Shown: in pieces, positions 26,401 to 40,000 of the stretch
Numbering within the stretch: position 1 is the first letter of the stretch
How the letters are laid out: every line of letters starts with the position of its first letter
Origin: Raja brachyura
Taxonomy: Eukaryota
Length of the DNA: 64,000 nucleotides
Reading direction: 5' to 3'
Assembly (NCBI GenBank): GCA_963514005.1
Contig: OY740820.1
Span: forward strand, 8,494,001-8,558,000
Made by a program: the position numbers and the translations under genes
Notes under the pieces: model-generated
Told to the model about the DNA's origin: nothing
The model's input: only the letters and a program-made list of their open reading frames with translations
Database searches by the model: none

Positions 26401-29400
26401 ATGCATGCCCCAAATTCTTGTCATCACATTTTTATTCAATTTTAGCAAGTTCCTGTCTAATGTACCTTCTGAAGTTGTCCTTGTCCCAAATCAGAATTTT
26501 TACTTGTGGGCTGAAGAAGACTGAAGAAGGGTCTCAACCTGAAACGTCACCCATTCCTTCTCTTCAGAGATGCTGCCCGTCCCGTTGAGTTACTCCAGCA
26601 TTTTGTGTCTGAGAGAGAGTGCTTTGTAGTACAACTGCTGCAATGTCTGCAGTAGTGCAGAGGTAAATTGGACACTACCATAGCTCATGGAAAGACCATT
26701 CACAAGCCTGACACAGAAGGGAAGAAGTTGTTTCTTTGTCTGGTGGTGTATACTTTTAATCTTTGTTATCGACTGCAAGGAGAAGAAAGAATGACCAGGG
26801 TTGGCTACTTTTCTGAGGCAACGTGAAGTGTAGTTGGAGTCAGTAGTAGGGAGTTTGGTCAATTTCTTGTGGTCTTCGGCAGAGCTGTTCCCAAGCCAAG
26901 CTGTGATGTAACCGAACCGTATTCTTTCTATGGTGCATCTGTAGAAGTTTGTAAGAGTCATTGGAAACGTGCCGAATTCCTCAGCCTCCTGAGGAAACCG
27001 AGATGTTATTCTACCTTCTGCTGACTTGACCTTTAAGTTATGATTATTCTAATGGTCCATTGATATATTTCTCTTCCGCAGTGAAACACAGGAAGAGACG
27101 ATACTTGATCCAGGGGAAGCTCGGTTGTTTGCATGGAGCGACCCTGCTGGCACCAGGAAGCTTGACTGGGGCTGTGCATGGAAAACCGGAGAACTGGACC
27201 TGTTCAAGGTCTGTTGGTATTGAGTGTAACAATGACTACCAGACCAAAGTCTCCATTGATAAACCTGCTAACATTTGAGCGGCAATATTGCATTGATGCT
27301 ATTTTCTGTGATTGGATTGAAATATTCGGCTGCTTAGTTCTCTGGATTAGCCCACTGGCTAAAGCTTTCTTTCTGTGACATCCACCAATATAAATGACCA
27401 GTGTTTCGTACCGAGCAATAGGCCATTCAGCCCACCGAGCGCACTCATTGACTCGAGTGCTCTGCTATCCCCACATTACACACTAGGCGTTGTTTACAAG
27501 GGCCAACTAACCTACAAACCGCACGTCTTTGGAAGGTGGGAGGAAACCAGAGCACCCGAAGGAAACCCACGTGGTCATGGAGAGAACATGCAAACTCCAC
27601 AAAGAGTGGGAAAGTGAGGTCAGGTTCAAAAACAGGTCTCTGGAGCTGTGAGACAGCAGCACTACCAACTTCACTACTGCGCCACCTTTAGTGACGGCTA
27701 CCTGTTCATTTGTGACCAGACTTTCAGAGTGGTGAGACCACTCCCAGTTGCTGCCATGCTACGAGAACATCAATTGGTACTTGGATTAATTTTCCCAAAT
27801 GAGCACATTTGACCATCCCTTAATGAAAATGGACAAAACTGAATACACCTGTACTACCTCGTTAGCACCAACTCCCCACTCCTTCAATAGCCTTGCTTGA
27901 TGCGAGTCGAGGATCTTAATGAAAATAGACACAAAAGCTGGAGTAACTCAGCAGGTCAGCCAGCATCTCTGGAGAGAAGAATCGGTGGCGTTTCAGGTCG
28001 AGACCCTTCTTCAGACTTCCTTTTCTCTAGCAGTTACTCCTGCTGAGTAAATCTAGCTTTTGGTGTCTATTTTCATTAAGATCAAGTTGACTCGCATCAA
28101 GCATCTGCAGTTGCTTCCTACACATTTGATCTTCATGAAGCCTGTGAAGATGATGAATCCCATAACGTAGACACAGATAAAATGCAGATTTACCTTCAGC
28201 TGGAGCTTCAGTTCCTAAAATGCTTTAATAAAAAGTACACAGCTGAAAGTGGAAACAAATCAGTCGTAAAGCTATTACGTTGTAATTTGATTACCTAACT
28301 GGTGTGTAGAGTCTTAGAAAGGGAAGCCTAGTGCCGCAGCCTGGCCAGTCTGTGACCCAAGTCCCACACAAACAAGGTTAACTCATGACTCCTTCTCCGT
28401 AATAGCCCACCAAGATATACGCCTGCATCAGGCCAGTAACTATTGCACAGGAGTGGCTCAAGAGGCAGTCTGTCACCTCCTTTCAGTGGAACTAAAGATG
28501 AGTAACAAATGTCAATCTTGCCAGTCTTGTCACTTTTGAGAATGAATAAATGAGAAAGGATTCTGGCACCAAGTGATTGTCAAAAGCTTGAGTGCTTTTC
28601 CAATCATGCCTGAAAATTGGAGAGAATCATCGGATGCTTGTCAGCGGATGCTTGGGCTCTGCCTGTGTTCAAAGACCACGGTTGAAATAGCACCAAACAA
28701 TTGTCTGACTCCTACACCTACCTTGCTCTGTTACTAAATACTATCTGATACAAAGCAGGAAGGAAGTCACTCGCCACAAGTTTCTTGTTTCTAATTAAAG
28801 TATTGAGTCAAACACTATCACACAATAAAAGTAGGAAAAGCTGGAAATGCTCAGCAGGTCAGGCAGCATTTGTAGGAAGAAAAATAGACAATGTTTGACG
28901 TCAAAGATCTTTGTCAGAACTTTGGTCTTAGTTTAGATATCATAGGATCATAAGGGATAGGAGCAGAATTAGGCCATTTGGCCCATCAAATCTACTCCGC
29001 CATTCAATCGTGGCTGATCTACCTCTCCCTCCTAACCCCATTCTCCAGCCTTCTCCTCATAACCTCTAACACCCGCACTCATTAAGAATCTACAAATCTC
29101 GGCCTTAAAAATATCCACTCACTTGACCTCTTAGTGTTCTGTGGCAAAGAATTCCACAGATTCACCACCCACTGACTAAATAAATTCCTCATCTCCTTCC
29201 TAAAAGAACATCCTTTAATTCTGAGGCTATGACCTCTAGTCCTGGACTCTCCCAATCGTGGAAACTCCTCTCCGCATCCACCCTATCCAAGCCTTTTATT
29301 ATTCTGTATGTTTTTCTCATTTTTCTAAACTCTAGCGAGTGCCCAGTGCCGACAAAAGCTCATCATATGTTAACCTACTCATTCCTGGGATCATTCTTGT

Positions 29401-31028
29401 AAACCTCCTCTGGGCCCTCTCCAGAGCCAGCACATCCTTCCTCAACTATGGTGGCCAAAGTTGCTCACAATATTCCAAATGCGGCCTGATCAGCACCTTG
29501 TAGAAGTAACTGACCTGAAACGTCACCCAATCCTTCTCTCCTGAGATGCTGCCTGTCCCGCTGAGTTACTCCAGCATTTTGTGTCTACCTTTGATTTAAA
29601 CCAGCATCTGGACTTCTTCCATTCACATTTTGTCAGCACATTGGTCAAGTCAAGTTTATTTGTCACATACACATACGGGATATGCAGTGAAATGAAAAGT
29701 GACATTATAGAGCCTATATAGCAAATATAGCAAAAATAAAATATATATCAGCATAATGTATAAAATCTTGAATTTTAAGGACCTTGATAGAATTGTTTAT
29801 ACTTTACAGGATCAGTTTGGGCAATTCCTCTGGAATCAGAACAATCAGATTCACTGGGTTTCCTTCCTTGATGGGCGACAGCGTGTGCTGCTGTTCACTG
29901 AAGACCTGGCTATTGTGTCCAAAGCGCGGCAGGCCGAGGACTTGAAACAGTTTGAAAAGGGAGTTACTATTTCCCTTCACAGCCTTGGCGTATCGCTGGT
30001 TAACAACGAAAACAAGCAGGAAATTGCTTACGTAGGAATCACCAGGTTAGTTTTTCATTTTCTGTACAAGAATGGTTTCAGCAAATGACTTGCATGAGTT
30101 TTAAAGAAATGGTGAGCATCGATGATCATGAGTGATCAATACCCCTCTATTGACAAGGCTTGAAAGATTAAACTCATCCAGTCATTTGAAATCAGTATTA
30201 TAAGTAAAAGTCACTTTGTATTTAATAATTATAAAATGCATGGCAAATGAAACGGGTTTAAAAGAATAGGAATAAAAACAGAAAACGTTGCAAACACATG
30301 ACCTTGTTGCAGCAAGTGGAGAAACGGGCAATGCTCCAGTGATGCGGTTCAATCCTGACCTCTGGTGCTATCTGTGTGGAGTTTGCACGTTCTCCCTGTG
30401 ACTGCATGTGTTTTCTCATTAGTGCTCCAGTTTCTTCCCACATCTTAAAGATGTGTAGGTTGGTAGGTTACCTGGCCACTGTACATTACGCCTAATATTT
30501 GGGGGCATGGTAGAATCTGGGGAGAATAAATTTAAAAAATGCATTGAAAATACAATGAGTTAGGGGAGTGTTAAAGAAGGAACTGCAGATGCTGGAGAAT
30601 CGATGGTTACACAAAAAGCTGGAGAAACTCAGCGGGTGCAGCAGCATCTAAGGAGCGAAGTAGATAGGCGACGTTTTGGGTCGAGACCCTTCTTCAGACT
30701 GCTTAGTGGTTAGCACAGACATGGTAGTCTGAAGGTTCTGCTTCCATTTGGTAGGGGATATGCGGGCAAAATCTGAAGAAGGGTCTCGACCCGAAACGTC
30801 GCCTATCTCCTTCGCTCTTTAGATGCTGCTGCACTCACTGAGTTTCTCCAGCTTTTTGTGTAACCCATGAGTTAGGGGAGGATTGCCTTAACAGTGTGTG
30901 CTTGGTGGTTAGCACGGACATGGTAGTCTGAAGGTTCTGCTTCCATTTTGTAGGGGATGGGCGTCAAAGTAGGAGGGGGCAGGGAAGTAAAACAGGGTAC
31001 AGGAGGCTAGGGGGTATTATCAGAAGAA

Positions 31029-31069
<41 letters not shown>

Positions 31070-34000
31070 AGGATCGGGCTAAATAGGAGGGAAGAGAAAG
31101 AAACGAGGTGAAAGTTACCGAAAACTGGAGAGTTCATTGTCCATGCTGTCAGGTAGTAAACCATCTGAGCAGACTACCCTGGTCCTGTCATACATATCCT
31201 TCTTCCCACAACGGTACCTTCTTCCCAGACACTGTTACCCTCCCCTGATCCGATCATTCATTTTCCTCTTCCCCCCCCCCCCCCACACTTCTGCCCCTGC
31301 CTTCTCATTTGCCCATTGCCCCCACCCTCATTCCGCCCCACCATATAAAATGTCTACAGTCCCAATGTCCACAGCAGCTGGCAAACCCAAATCACCCGTT
31401 CCCCACTACGTTCATCTGTGTGCACGTCAGGCGTAATCTGAAATTATTCCATATTCTTTAACGACTCTCTTCCAAAACTTTCTTATTATCACTCCTAAAC
31501 ATAGAAACATAGAATCATAGGAAAAAGGTGCAGGAGTAGGCCATTCGGCCCTTCGAGCCAGAAAAGCCATTCAATATGATCATGGCTGATCATCCAACAG
31601 TACCCCGTCCCTGCTTTCTCCCCATATCCCTTGATTCCGTTAGCCATAAGAGCTGTATCTAACTCTCTCTTCAAAACATCCAGTGAATTGGCCTCCACTG
31701 CCTTCTGTGGCAGAGAATTCCACAGATTCACAACTCTGGGTGAAAAACGTGCCTTTTTGATGCGGAAACCAAGTCACATTGTGCTAGTTTCTCGGCCTTG
31801 GTTTAAAGTCTGGCTGTGTATATTTTGGCTTTGGTTATCTTAACTTTGGTGGCAACTCTGAATCTAAAGTCTCTTTCCCCTCCAGCTGTCAACACAGTTT
31901 ATGGTGCACACAATTTGCATGTTCCTTCAAACACAATTATTGAGGCCACCATGTAATTTAACACGCGCCATTCAGTTTCCCTGGCCCTTGTAGTTTGGCA
32001 TCTTACATACTTCATACCTTCCATTGAGTTTGCACATCTGGAAGTGAAGTCGTCCCACGCAATGCCCCATCTATCCTGACGTCATTGTAATATGTTGCCT
32101 GGTGTTTTCCATAATCCCACATTTGTTTCCCTGTCATGTGCTTTGAACTCAGTTTTAGCTGACAAATGGGCAGGATGGGTTCCGTTCAGAAGTTAAACGT
32201 TGAAACTCTGATCTGTCCATTTTGTGGTTGATAGAGATGACTAGGGCTGGTACCCAACTTGCTCCCAGGAGATTCCCTGACTCTATGAAGCAGGTTAGGA
32301 AGTTATTTGAAAGAAATTGGCAGTTCTGACCGAGAGTGTTTGACAATGGGTAGTCGGCTTTCTGAAGCCTCAGGCAAGCTGATCGCTTGGAGGCAAAGGT
32401 GGATAGGAGTTGTGTGAATATGCTCATGTCCTGAAGACTGGTGGTTGTGACCTTACTCTGAATGTTGCATCCTCTTGATAAAGTGCATGTCATTCTTCTA
32501 TAGTAATGCCGAAACAATGATAATATTACCTCTGTGTAGGAAGGAACTGCAGATGCTGGTTTAAACCGAAGATAGGCACAACAAGCTGGAGTAACTCAGC
32601 GGGATAGGCAGCATCTCTGGAGAGAAGGGATGGGTGATGTCTTAGGACTGAAGAAGGGTCTTGACCCGAAACGTCAGCCGTCCCTTCTCTCCAGAGATGC
32701 TGCCTGTCCCGCTGAGTTACTCCAGCTTCTTGTGTCTATAATACTGTTTCTCTTCCACCTTATTTGTATGATAATCAAAGTACAATATGTGAAAATACAG
32801 CCCACATTAAAGTGTAGCTCTGGGCGACCTACAGCTGGCCGACAAGGTCATTGCATGTGGGAATGAGTTCACACTACATCAGTTTGTGAACTAACAGTTA
32901 CAAATGCTAGTGTATATCTCAATGGCAACACCGTCGGAAGATGAGATTTGCATGCAGAAATGTCCTTTCATTTGCGACGCAGAATCGTGAATAGATGCAT
33001 TTCCTTTTTCACTTGAAATCTTTCCACTGTATCTGGGCACGTAAAGATTAAGAATGGATGAACTAGATGAAGAAGAGAAACCCGCTGACTGGAGGTTAGT
33101 GTTGTTGAAATGCCATATGAATGACCTACAACTGAAGCATGCTTTCATAGCTTGGATGCATCATCCACACTTGTGTGAACATTTATCGCTGCTTCGGACT
33201 GAAAGAGGATGATTTCTAACCTGCCGGAGGGCATTGAGACAGCCCAGCAAGCGGTCAAGTTTCAGTGAGCAGTCAATGGGGATGATTCAAAATAAAATCC
33301 ATGGTTTGTAAAAGTGAAGCAGCTGGTTAATAATGGTAATATTTCAAACCTGAAGAGATGAAAATAGTAGCAGTGTACGTCAAAGAATATTGCGTTTAGT
33401 GCATTAGTAGAGAGAATTCAATATGAAAGGGTTGACATATTTGAAACTTACCGAAAAGTGAAAGGACTGGATAGAGTGAATGTGGAGAGGATATTTCCAC
33501 TAGTGGGAGAGTCTAGGTCCAGAGGTCACAGCCTCAGAATTAAAGGATGAGGAGGGATTTCTTTAGTCACATAGTGGTGAATCTGTGGAATTCATTGCCA
33601 AAGACAGCTGTGGAGGCCAAGTCAATTAATTTTTTTAAGGTGGAGATTGACAGATTCTTGATTTGTATGGGTGTCAGGGGTTATGGAGAGCAGGCAGGAG
33701 AATGGGGTTGAGAAGGAAAGATAGATCAGCCATGATTGAATGGCAGAGTAGACTTGATGGGGCGAATGGCTTGACTCTGCTCCTTGAACTTATGAACTTA
33801 AGAATTATAGGTTGGCCTCTGGAACGTCTGGGTCTACCTATACGAGGGTGTATGTCACCTGCATGTTGCTGCATTTTGGGTGCACTGTTTGAGAAGCTTA
33901 AGGTGAATGTTAGTATCACCGTCCCATCTTCGCTTTTCAATGGCCACCAACTTTATTCTTCTGTTCCTTTTCATTGTTCACAGATATTTATATTTTTCTC

Positions 34001-37000
34001 CCTGGGCAATAGCTTACAATTCCTCTGAAAAAGTATTGTAGACTGAGGCCGAGTCTCTGCTGCTAGTCTTCTAAACTCTAAAACAATGAAGTTATAATCT
34101 TGGAGTTTGTGTCAGCAAAGCCTCAGAATACTTGAGATGGAGAATCTATTGTGTTACTGATGCAGTTATCATTTGCTGCATAATATGGGCTGTTCCCAGA
34201 ATAAGCATTTAATTCTGCATGGCAGCCACTGCAATGAAATATAGAGTGCTTGTTGCGCAGCAGAGCTTCAGATCGCTTGGAATCATTTCAAATGCCTCCG
34301 ATCTACATTCATCTGCTTTCAGAAGCATGTGGATAAATTCAGGTACAGGTTGTGCACGGCCTGTGATGAAGAATTGGGATTGTTTCTGAGAATTTGCATT
34401 TTTTCTCCACAGAAGGCACTGTGTTAAACTGCTCCACCAGGTGGCAGAACTGAGCTGCACAACTACATACGTAGGCCGTAGCACAGTACAGCACAAGAAC
34501 AGGCCCTTCAGCCCACAATGTCTGTGCCCGTCATGTTGCCAAGACCACCTCTTATCTACCTGTGCACAATCCATATCCCTCCATCCCCTGCATATCCATG
34601 TGCCTATGGAAACGCCTCAAATACCACTATCGTATCAGCCTCAACCAGCAGGCAGGCAGGCAACATGTTGCAGGCACCCACCACTCTTTATATTCCGCAC
34701 GTCTTCTTTAGACTTTGCCCCTCTCACTGTAATTCTGTGCCCTCTAGTGTTTGATAAAGCAATTGGTGCAGTTGATGCAGAAGTTCAATATGCCTGTGAG
34801 CAACATACCATCATTCTGCAAAATTACATTGATGTACAAGTAAAGATTGTCACGGCATTCGTACAATATTTCCAGTGAGCAATTCAAAGTATAATATTAT
34901 GTGTCTAAAACACATTAATGTAATGGATTTCTAATCTGCAAGTGTTATGTGAGCAGGGACAGGGTTTAAAATGTGTTTGAAAGTTCAGGAATTACTGTAT
35001 TTGGTAAAACAAATTGGTGTGGCATGGTGGCACAGCAGTAGAGTTGCTACCTCACGGCGCCAGGGACCCAGCTTCGATCCTCACTATGGGTGCTGTCTAT
35101 GTGGAGTTTGTACGTTCTCCCCGTGACCGCATTGATTTTCTCCGCGTTTTTCCGGTTTCCTCCCACTTTCCAAAGAAGTGCAGGTTTGTAGGTTAATTGT
35201 CTTTTATAAATTGCTCCAAGTGGGTAGGATATGATGCAAAAACACGGATTTATTGTATATGTGTTCAATAGTCAGTGTGGACACGGTGGGCCTAAGGGTC
35301 TGTTCAAATGCTTTATCCCTAAACTAAGCTCAATTAATTACATTTTAAAATTTATTTTATGTTTTTATTCAAATTCTGCAAACATCGGGACCTGGTGATC
35401 AGCAACTGGATTCTTGACTTTTGTTGACATGCTGGTAGTACTAGGGCGGCACGGTGGTGCAGCGGTAGAGTCGCTGCCTTACAGCGCATTACAGTGCCGG
35501 ACGCGGGTTCGATCCTGACTTCGGGTGTTGTCTGTATGGAGTTCATACATTCTCCCCGTGACCGCGTGGGTTTTCTCCGAGAGCTTCAGTTTCCTCCCAC
35601 ACTCCAAAGACGTACAGGTATGTAGGTAAAGTAAATGGGTTTGGTAAATGTAAAAATTGTCCTTGGTGTGTGTGTGTAGGATGGTGTTAATATGCGGGAT
35701 CCCTGATCGGTGGGCCGAAAGTCCTGTTTCCTTGCTGTATCTCCAAACTAAACTAAACTGAACTAAACCCTTGAGGTTGGCTTGATTGAAGTCCCTGGCT
35801 ACAATGGCCAGGGCTCCAGGCTGCTTGGCCTGAGGTTGTTGATAGCGGAGTGCATTTCATTCAGAGCAAGTCTGACATGGGGAGGTTTGTCAATGGGGAC
35901 CACATGGTCCCATGGGGAGGGATGCGGACCTATTGCTGTGACACTATATTCTGTATGGCTGGATTGTGCTTGTGTGTGGTATGACTTGTCTGGCTCATAG
36001 AATCTGTAACATGGCACTGATTTGAGGATGAGGAGACTCTGTTCTAATGCATAGAACAATCCTCACAGATTAGCTTATAGCTGTTGTAATGACGTTTGGT
36101 TTAGTTTAGAGATACAGTGCGGAAACAGGCCCTTCGACCCGCCGAGTCCACGCCGAACAACAATCCCCGCACACTAACGCACACTAGAGACAATTTACAA
36201 TTATACCAAGCCAATTAGCCTGCAACTTTGTACGTCTTTGGAGGAAACTGGAGATCCCGGTGTAAACTCACGTAGGTCTTTGGGAAAACGTGCAAACTCC
36301 ATACAGACAGTATCGAACCGGGTCTCTGGCGCTGTAAGGCAGCAACTCCACCGCTGCGCCGCTGTGCAACTATGCAAACATTTTTCCTTGATTCAAGATG
36401 AGCTTGCGTTGGAGTGGAGAAAAGGTTGTTAATTTGTTTGATACATGTTTAATTATTTTTTAACTTCAACACGTGGGTGTTTATTAAGTGAACAATTACA
36501 ATTAGGCATAGTTGTGATTTACAGTGAATCGCAAACCTATTGCATTATTTGAGATACATATGAGATGCTTTGTCGAAAACCACTCCATCAGAACTAGAAT
36601 AAGGAGATGTAGATCAATTCTAATTCCTGTGTGGTCTGGCATTTCTCCTTTAATCATCTCAATGTGATATTGAGAAGTTGCACCTATCGTAGTTGTAAAT
36701 AGTATTGTAGCATTATTGTAGTATAGTTGATTTGCGGCATTGACAATTTACAATACTATGTCTAAAATGTTAATTTAAGCCATTTTAATGTCATAATTTC
36801 TCTATTGGGAGCGTTGAACTTATAAATTTATGCTACGTTGCCCATAATTCTCCAAGATACTTGTCTTCCTAAATCTATTCTTCCCAGTAATGAATAGCGC
36901 ACTTCTCTGTCCGCTTTAATAGTGGGCCCCCTCTCGGTCATGGCTGACCATGGGTGATGCATCCTGGTAGGATACAAGCCTGGGCGATGTCATATGGAGG

Positions 37001-40000
37001 ACAGGCTGTTGCCCTGGCAGCACGTCCCCCCTCTCCACGTTGCCGATTGATCCAAAGGAACAGCAGGGCCGTTACAGTTTGGCACCAGCGCCGTCACAGG
37101 AGCTGCCAGAGCGAGGTTGTAGACACCGACGAATTGCCTTAGGGGCTCTGACTCTGGATTTTCTTGAGGTTTACTCCTGGATCCTTTTCCATGACTGGAT
37201 ATGGCCACAAGGCAGTGGAGGTTTTAAATCCGAGTTTTCCCTCTCCTAGATGGACTGCCTTCCGAGGCTGTCGAGTCCCATCTGCCCGATTGATACATTG
37301 CATCAAAATTATGCATCATCATTGATTCCATCCCCCCATGAATACATTGCATCAAAAAAACTTAGTGTGCATTTTCTTCATCTCTTCGATTTACAAAATT
37401 TCACTTCACTTCAAGTTTAGTAACTGAACCGAACTTAATGAAGCAATTTCAGTGACAGATAACTATAATAACTAGCGAAAAGGAATGACACCAATTTTTG
37501 AATGAAGAAATGCGTGTCAAGTGTTGAGAATAGTGATTCTTGGTTTTGATTTTATGACTGGAAGTATATAATGTTCTGAGTAGATACAGTGCGGTCTGGA
37601 TTGGATCTGAGCCTTTGTTTTGTATGCTTTACTTTCCTACTGAATCCTGGATGTTAGTTTACACCAAAGATAGACACAAAACACTGGAGTAACTCAGCGG
37701 GACAAGCAGCATATCCAGATAGAAGGTATGGGTGACGTTTCGGGTCGCGTCCCCTCTTCAGACTGAGATGTCTTCAGAAAGACTCGACCCGAAATGTCAC
37801 CCATTCCTTCTTTCCAGAGATGCTGCCTGTGCTTATTTTTTTTTATTGTTAAATTATAACAAAGAGCAACATAGGGACAGGCCCACTTGGCCCGTAATGT
37901 CTGGCTGAACATGGTACCAGGATAAACTAACTGCTCTGCCTGCACGTGATCCATATGTAGTTCAAATTGTGTGCTGTCTGTGATGAAGAATGTTTTCTCC
38001 ACAGAAGGCACCGTGTCAAACTGCTCCACCAGGTGGTAAAACTGAGCTGTACAATTGCATACATAGGACGTAGAACAGTGCAGCACAAGAACAGGCCATT
38101 CAGCCCACAATGTCTGTGCTGAACATGATGCCAAGACCATCTCATCTATCTGTACAAAATCCAAATCCCTCCATTCCCTGCATATTCATGTGCCTATCTA
38201 AAACCCTCTTTAACGTCACTGTTGTGTCTTCTACCAACAGCCGTGGCAACGTGTTCAAGGCATCCACCACTATCTGTATATAAAAGACAATTGCCCTGCA
38301 TATCTCCCTTAAACTATCTTCCCCTCACCTTAAAGCTTATGCCCTCTGCCCTTTGACATTTCCGCCCTGGGAAATAGGTTCTGACTGTCTTCCCTATCTA
38401 CGCCTTTCATAATTATATATTCTTCACTTGAGTTTCCCCTTAACTCCAAAGCTCCAGAGAAAACAATCCAAGTTTGGCTAAACTCTCTTTAATTTTAATA
38501 TCTCTAACACGGGCAGCATTCTGGTAAACCTCATCAAGCGTTTGGTTTTAATAGCATGCAATATTTTTGAGGGGATCAGAATACAAGCTGTTTAGTGAAG
38601 CCTTTCAGAAGCTGTGTTGTATAACAAGCAAGATTATAACTTAATCTTGTGTGCAGAAAGAGCATTCCTTAGACATTATTGTTTTGCGGGCTGAACATTA
38701 GTAATATAGAGATACAGCATGAAAATGGGTACTTCAGTTTACTGTCGGCACCATTAATCAAGTATTCATTTACACTAATCTTACACTAATCCCTTTTTAA
38801 TTCTCCCCACATTCTCACCAACTCCTGCCGATTCTATAATTTGCCCGCCACTAGGCACAATTTACAGTCACCTGTTAACTCCCCAGCATTCGAGCCTTTG
38901 GGCCGTGGCAAGGAGCCAGATACCCTGAAGAAACCCATGTGGTTACAGGGAAAATGTGCAAATTGAACCTGGGTGGTTGGAGCTGCAAGGCAGCAGATCG
39001 ACTGGGGTGCCACTGTGAGCACCCTTGTTAAGCTCAGAGTTAAACACGAGTTGAAATATTTGCAAGTTAAATCAAAAACAAAATGCTATAGAATCGAGAG
39101 TATGGAGTTGGAGCTGACGTACTAAAAATATATACTGACAATTTTCAAAGCATACAAAATATGGGAAGATTGAATAAATTGATAAGCAAAAGTAGGTTCA
39201 AAAGATCAGAGAAAAAACCAAGTACAATCACTGATAATAGTACACAACACACAAAAGCTAGCGATGATCCGTCTCCACATTTTATTGAAAAAATGAGCAG
39301 GTGAATAATTGAAGGAAGAAAGTGAACGATTAGCAGGAATGGTGAGGTGAGGTTGATAAATGCTTTATCTTCAGAGCAAGTGCGTGCAACAAAAGATTTT
39401 CACTGGACCTCGGTACACGTGACAATAAACTAAACTCAATTCAAGTGAGGAATCACAAGCTGGGACAGTTTGTTTTAAAAGCAAAAAGTTGGTTAGGTAT
39501 AAATGTGGATTCCAATGCTGGACAGAACTAAAAGCCCTGTCCCACGGTACGAGTTCATTCCAAGAACTCTCCCGAGTTTACAAAAAAACAAACTCGTGAT
39601 AAGCACGGAGAATGAACGTAGCAGGTACGTCGGAGCTCGGGGACGTCTCTTAGCGGCTCGTAACGCTAACGGCAGGTACGCGGGAAGACTCGCTAACGGC
39701 AGGTAAGCACGGGAAGACTCGTGAAGATTTTTGAACATGTTGAAAAATGTCCACGAGAGGCCCAAGTACCGACGAGTGGCCATTACCATAAATCCCCGAG
39801 TTCGAATCAGGGCAAACTCGGGAGAGCTCTTGGAATGAACTCGTACTGTGGGACAGGGGTTAAAGAACATGCTTCAGTGTCAGGCTTGCTCAAATCCCTC
39901 CTGGATTAAATACTTATCACAACACTGAAGACCATCAGACCCATGCTGTATCACAGTGGGTCAGTTGTACTCTGCATCTGCTTATCCCCAGTACTGACTC

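Noticed and set aside
31850-33400. Minus-strand ORFs 32155-32517 and 32891-33148 as a nested gene
   Set aside because: No recognisable domain or supportable splice structure; lengths are compatible with chance in unique intron DNA.
35444-35530. tRNA gene
   Set aside because: The A/B boxes are the tRNA-derived head of a V-SINE, followed by the V domain and LINE-like tail.
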